A stretch of DNA of 64,000 nucleotides from an uncultured Verrucomicrobiae bacterium (GTDB lineage: Bacteria; Verrucomicrobiota; Verrucomicrobiia; Chthoniobacterales; UBA10450): the NCBI GenBank assembly GCA_963726745.1, contig CAVSDR010000006.1, positions 384,001 to 448,000 of the forward strand. The letters are read 5' to 3'. The position numbers were made by a program, and so were the translations under genes. Under the pieces are notes generated by a model. That model did no database searches and was not told where the DNA came from. It worked only from the letters and a program-made list of their open reading frames with translations. Of the stretch, positions 62,183 to 64,000 are shown piece after piece. The first letter of the stretch is position 1, and every line of letters starts with the position of its first letter.

Positions 62183-63627
62183 CCACGATCGACGAATTTC
62201 ATCGGCGGAGAGTTCGTCGCGGCCGATCGGCGGGAAATATCTCGACAACATCGAGCCTGCGACCGGCACAGCCCTATTCGCAGGTGCCGGACAGCGAGGC
62301 GCGCGACGTCGAGGCGGCGGTGGCCGCGGCGGAGAAAGCGTTCGCCAGCTGGTCGAAAACGCCCGCCGCGGAGCGCTCGCAAATCATCCTGCGCATCGTC
62401 GATTTGATCGAGCGCGACCTGGAGAAACTCGCCCGCGCCGAGTCGATCGACACCGGCAAGCCGCTCACCCTCGCGCGCACTCTCGACATCCCGCGCGCGG
62501 CCTCGAATTTTCGCTTCTTCGCGACCGCGATCCTGCACACGGAAAACGAAGCGCACGTAACCGACGGCCTCGCCTTCAACTACACCCTGCGCCAGCCACG
62601 CGGGATTTGCGGGCTGATCTCGCCCTGGAATTTGCCGCTCTATTTGTTGAGCTGGAAGATCGCGCCCGCGATCGCCTGCGGGAATACCGCGGTCGCGAAA
62701 CCGAGCGAACTCACGCCGATGACCGCCTTTCTCCTCTGCGAGATCTGCCGCGAGGCTGGCCTGCCCGCCGGCGTGCTCAACATCGTCCACGGCACCGGCC
62801 CGAAGGTCGGGCAGGCGATCACGGCGCATCCGAAGATCGGCACCATCTCTTTCACCGGCGGGACGCTTACCGGACGCAGAGTCGCGGAGACCTGCGCGCC
62901 GATGTTCAAGAAAGTGTCGCTGGAACTTGGCGGCAAAAATCCCAACATCATCTTCGCCGACGCCGACCTCGAGGCGGCGCTCAACGGCAGCCTGCGCTCC
63001 TCTTTTGCGAACCAAGGGCAGGTTTGCCTCTGCGGTTCGCGCGTGTTTGTGGAGCGACCGATCTACCAGGATTTCGTCCAGCGCTTCGTGGAAAAAGCCG
63101 GCCGCTTGAAATTAGGCGACCCTTTGGAAACGACGACCGACCAGGGCGCGATCGTTTCGCAGACCCAGCTCGAGAAGGTGAAGTTTTACGTCGAGCTGGC
63201 GCAGCAGGAAGGCGGGACGATCGCGCTCGGTGGCCACGCCCCGGCTCCGCCTAACGAACGCTGCGCCGACGGTTATTTCTTCCCGCCCACGATCATCACC
63301 GATCTCCCGGTCGGCTGCCGGACGAACCGCGAGGAGATCTTCGGCCCGGTGATTTCGGTTACGCCATTCGACCGCGAGGACGAAGTCGTCGGCTATGCAA
63401 ACGACAACGAATACGGCCTGGCCGCGAGCGTCTGGACGCAAAACCTCAACCGCGCTCACCGCGTGGCCGAGCAAATCCAGACCGGCACCGTCTGGGTGAA
63501 CTGCTGGCTCCTGCGCGACCTGCGCGTCCCCTTCGGCGGGATGAAACAAAGCGGCGTCGGCCGCGAAGGCGGCAACGAAGCGCTTCACTTTTTCACCGAG
63601 CCGAAGAATATTTGCATCGCCCGTTAG
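62179..63627 (+). CDS. Aldehyde dehydrogenase, 2-aminomuconate/2-hydroxymuconate semialdehyde dehydrogenase family (compensating indels near 62190-62270)
   Basis: ISPWNLPL, AKPSE, FTGG, LELGGKN, NQGQVCLCGSR, EEIFGPV, RDLRVPFGG. An alternate frame gives GGKYLDNIEPATG near the N-terminus. Confidence 0.88.
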   Translation: MTTIDEFHRRRVRRGRSAGNISTTSSLRPAQPYSQVPDSEARDVEAAVAAAEKAFASWSKTPAAERSQIILRIVDLIERDLEKLARAESIDTGKPLTLARTLDIPRAASNFRFFATAILHTENEAHVTDGLAFNYTLRQPRGICGLISPWNLPLYLLSWKIAPAIACGNTAVAKPSELTPMTAFLLCEICREAGLPAGVLNIVHGTGPKVGQAITAHPKIGTISFTGGTLTGRRVAETCAPMFKKVSLELGGKNPNIIFADADLEAALNGSLRSSFANQGQVCLCGSRVFVERPIYQDFVQRFVEKAGRLKLGDPLETTTDQGAIVSQTQLEKVKFYVELAQQEGGTIALGGHAPAPPNERCADGYFFPPTIITDLPVGCRTNREEIFGPVISVTPFDREDEVVGYANDNEYGLAASVWTQNLNRAHRVAEQIQTGTVWVNCWLLRDLRVPFGGMKQSGVGREGGNEALHFFTEPKNICIAR

Positions 63628-63638
63628 GGAAAATTCCC

Positions 63639-63920
63639 ATGTGTCGAAACATCAAAACGCTGCATAACTTTGAGCCCCCGGCGACGGAAGACGAGATTCG
63701 CGCCTCGGCGCTGCAATTCGTGCGGAAGCTGAGCGGTTTCACCCACCCTTCGAAGGCCAATGAGGCGGCCTTCGCGCACGCGGTCGAGCGGGTAAGCGAA
63801 GTCGCGCACGAGCTTTTGCACTCGTTAGTCTCGAATGCCCCGCCGCGCGACCGCGTGCTCGAGGCGGCCAAGGCGCGTGCCCGGAATGCGAAACGTCTCG
63901 CCCCCGTGGAGGCGGCCTGA
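63639..63920 (+). CDS. DUF2277 family protein
   Basis: MCRNIKTLHNFEPPAT, ALQFVRKLSG. Confidence 0.88.
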   Translation: MCRNIKTLHNFEPPATEDEIRASALQFVRKLSGFTHPSKANEAAFAHAVERVSEVAHELLHSLVSNAPPRDRVLEAAKARARNAKRLAPVEAA

Positions 63921-63924
63921 GGCG

Positions 63925-64000
63925 ATGAGTGGCGTTCGCGTTTTGGTAGGCACGCGCAAGGGGGCGTTCATCCTCACGGCGGATGGCGCGCGGAAGAACT
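63925..64000 (+). CDS. 5' end of a BNR/sialidase-like beta-propeller protein (runs off window end)
   Basis: MSGVRVLVGTRKGAFILT N-terminus. Confidence 0.65.
   Translation, partial: MSGVRVLVGTRKGAFILTADGARKN

Overview
GC-rich, gene-dense bacterial chromosomal window with about 66 CDS. I found no rRNA, tRNA, CRISPR array or transposase. Gene content and repeat style suggest Verrucomicrobiota, probably Chthoniobacterales (inference). In order, it holds: two PilT ATPases; a GrpE / lidless Hsp70 / J-like-FGE chaperone module downstream of ccsA-hemA-hemC-cobA/hemD; housekeeping genes (apt, queF, chrA, an LMW-phosphatase-GlyA fusion, zwf-opcA, queA, udg, hemW, uppS, purA, uppP, glf); an ~18 kb surface-polysaccharide region with a lower-GC core and exosortase/EpsI; then mutL, an A-type Fe-S carrier, HIT, an ArnT-like transferase and probable kynurenine-pathway genes. 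About 13 genes carry small indels, most likely long-read assembly errors. The main unexplained signal is a non-palindromic motif, (G)CCTAACGA / TCGTTAGG(C). I counted 28 exact 8-mer copies by eye. They lie on both strands, inside genes where they impose AT-rich codons, and over stop codons, and they are almost absent from the polysaccharide region. This distribution resembles a DNA-uptake or other genome 'self' signature. Also notable are a Tes/GDGT-MAS-like radical SAM enzyme and the dedicated Hsp70 system.
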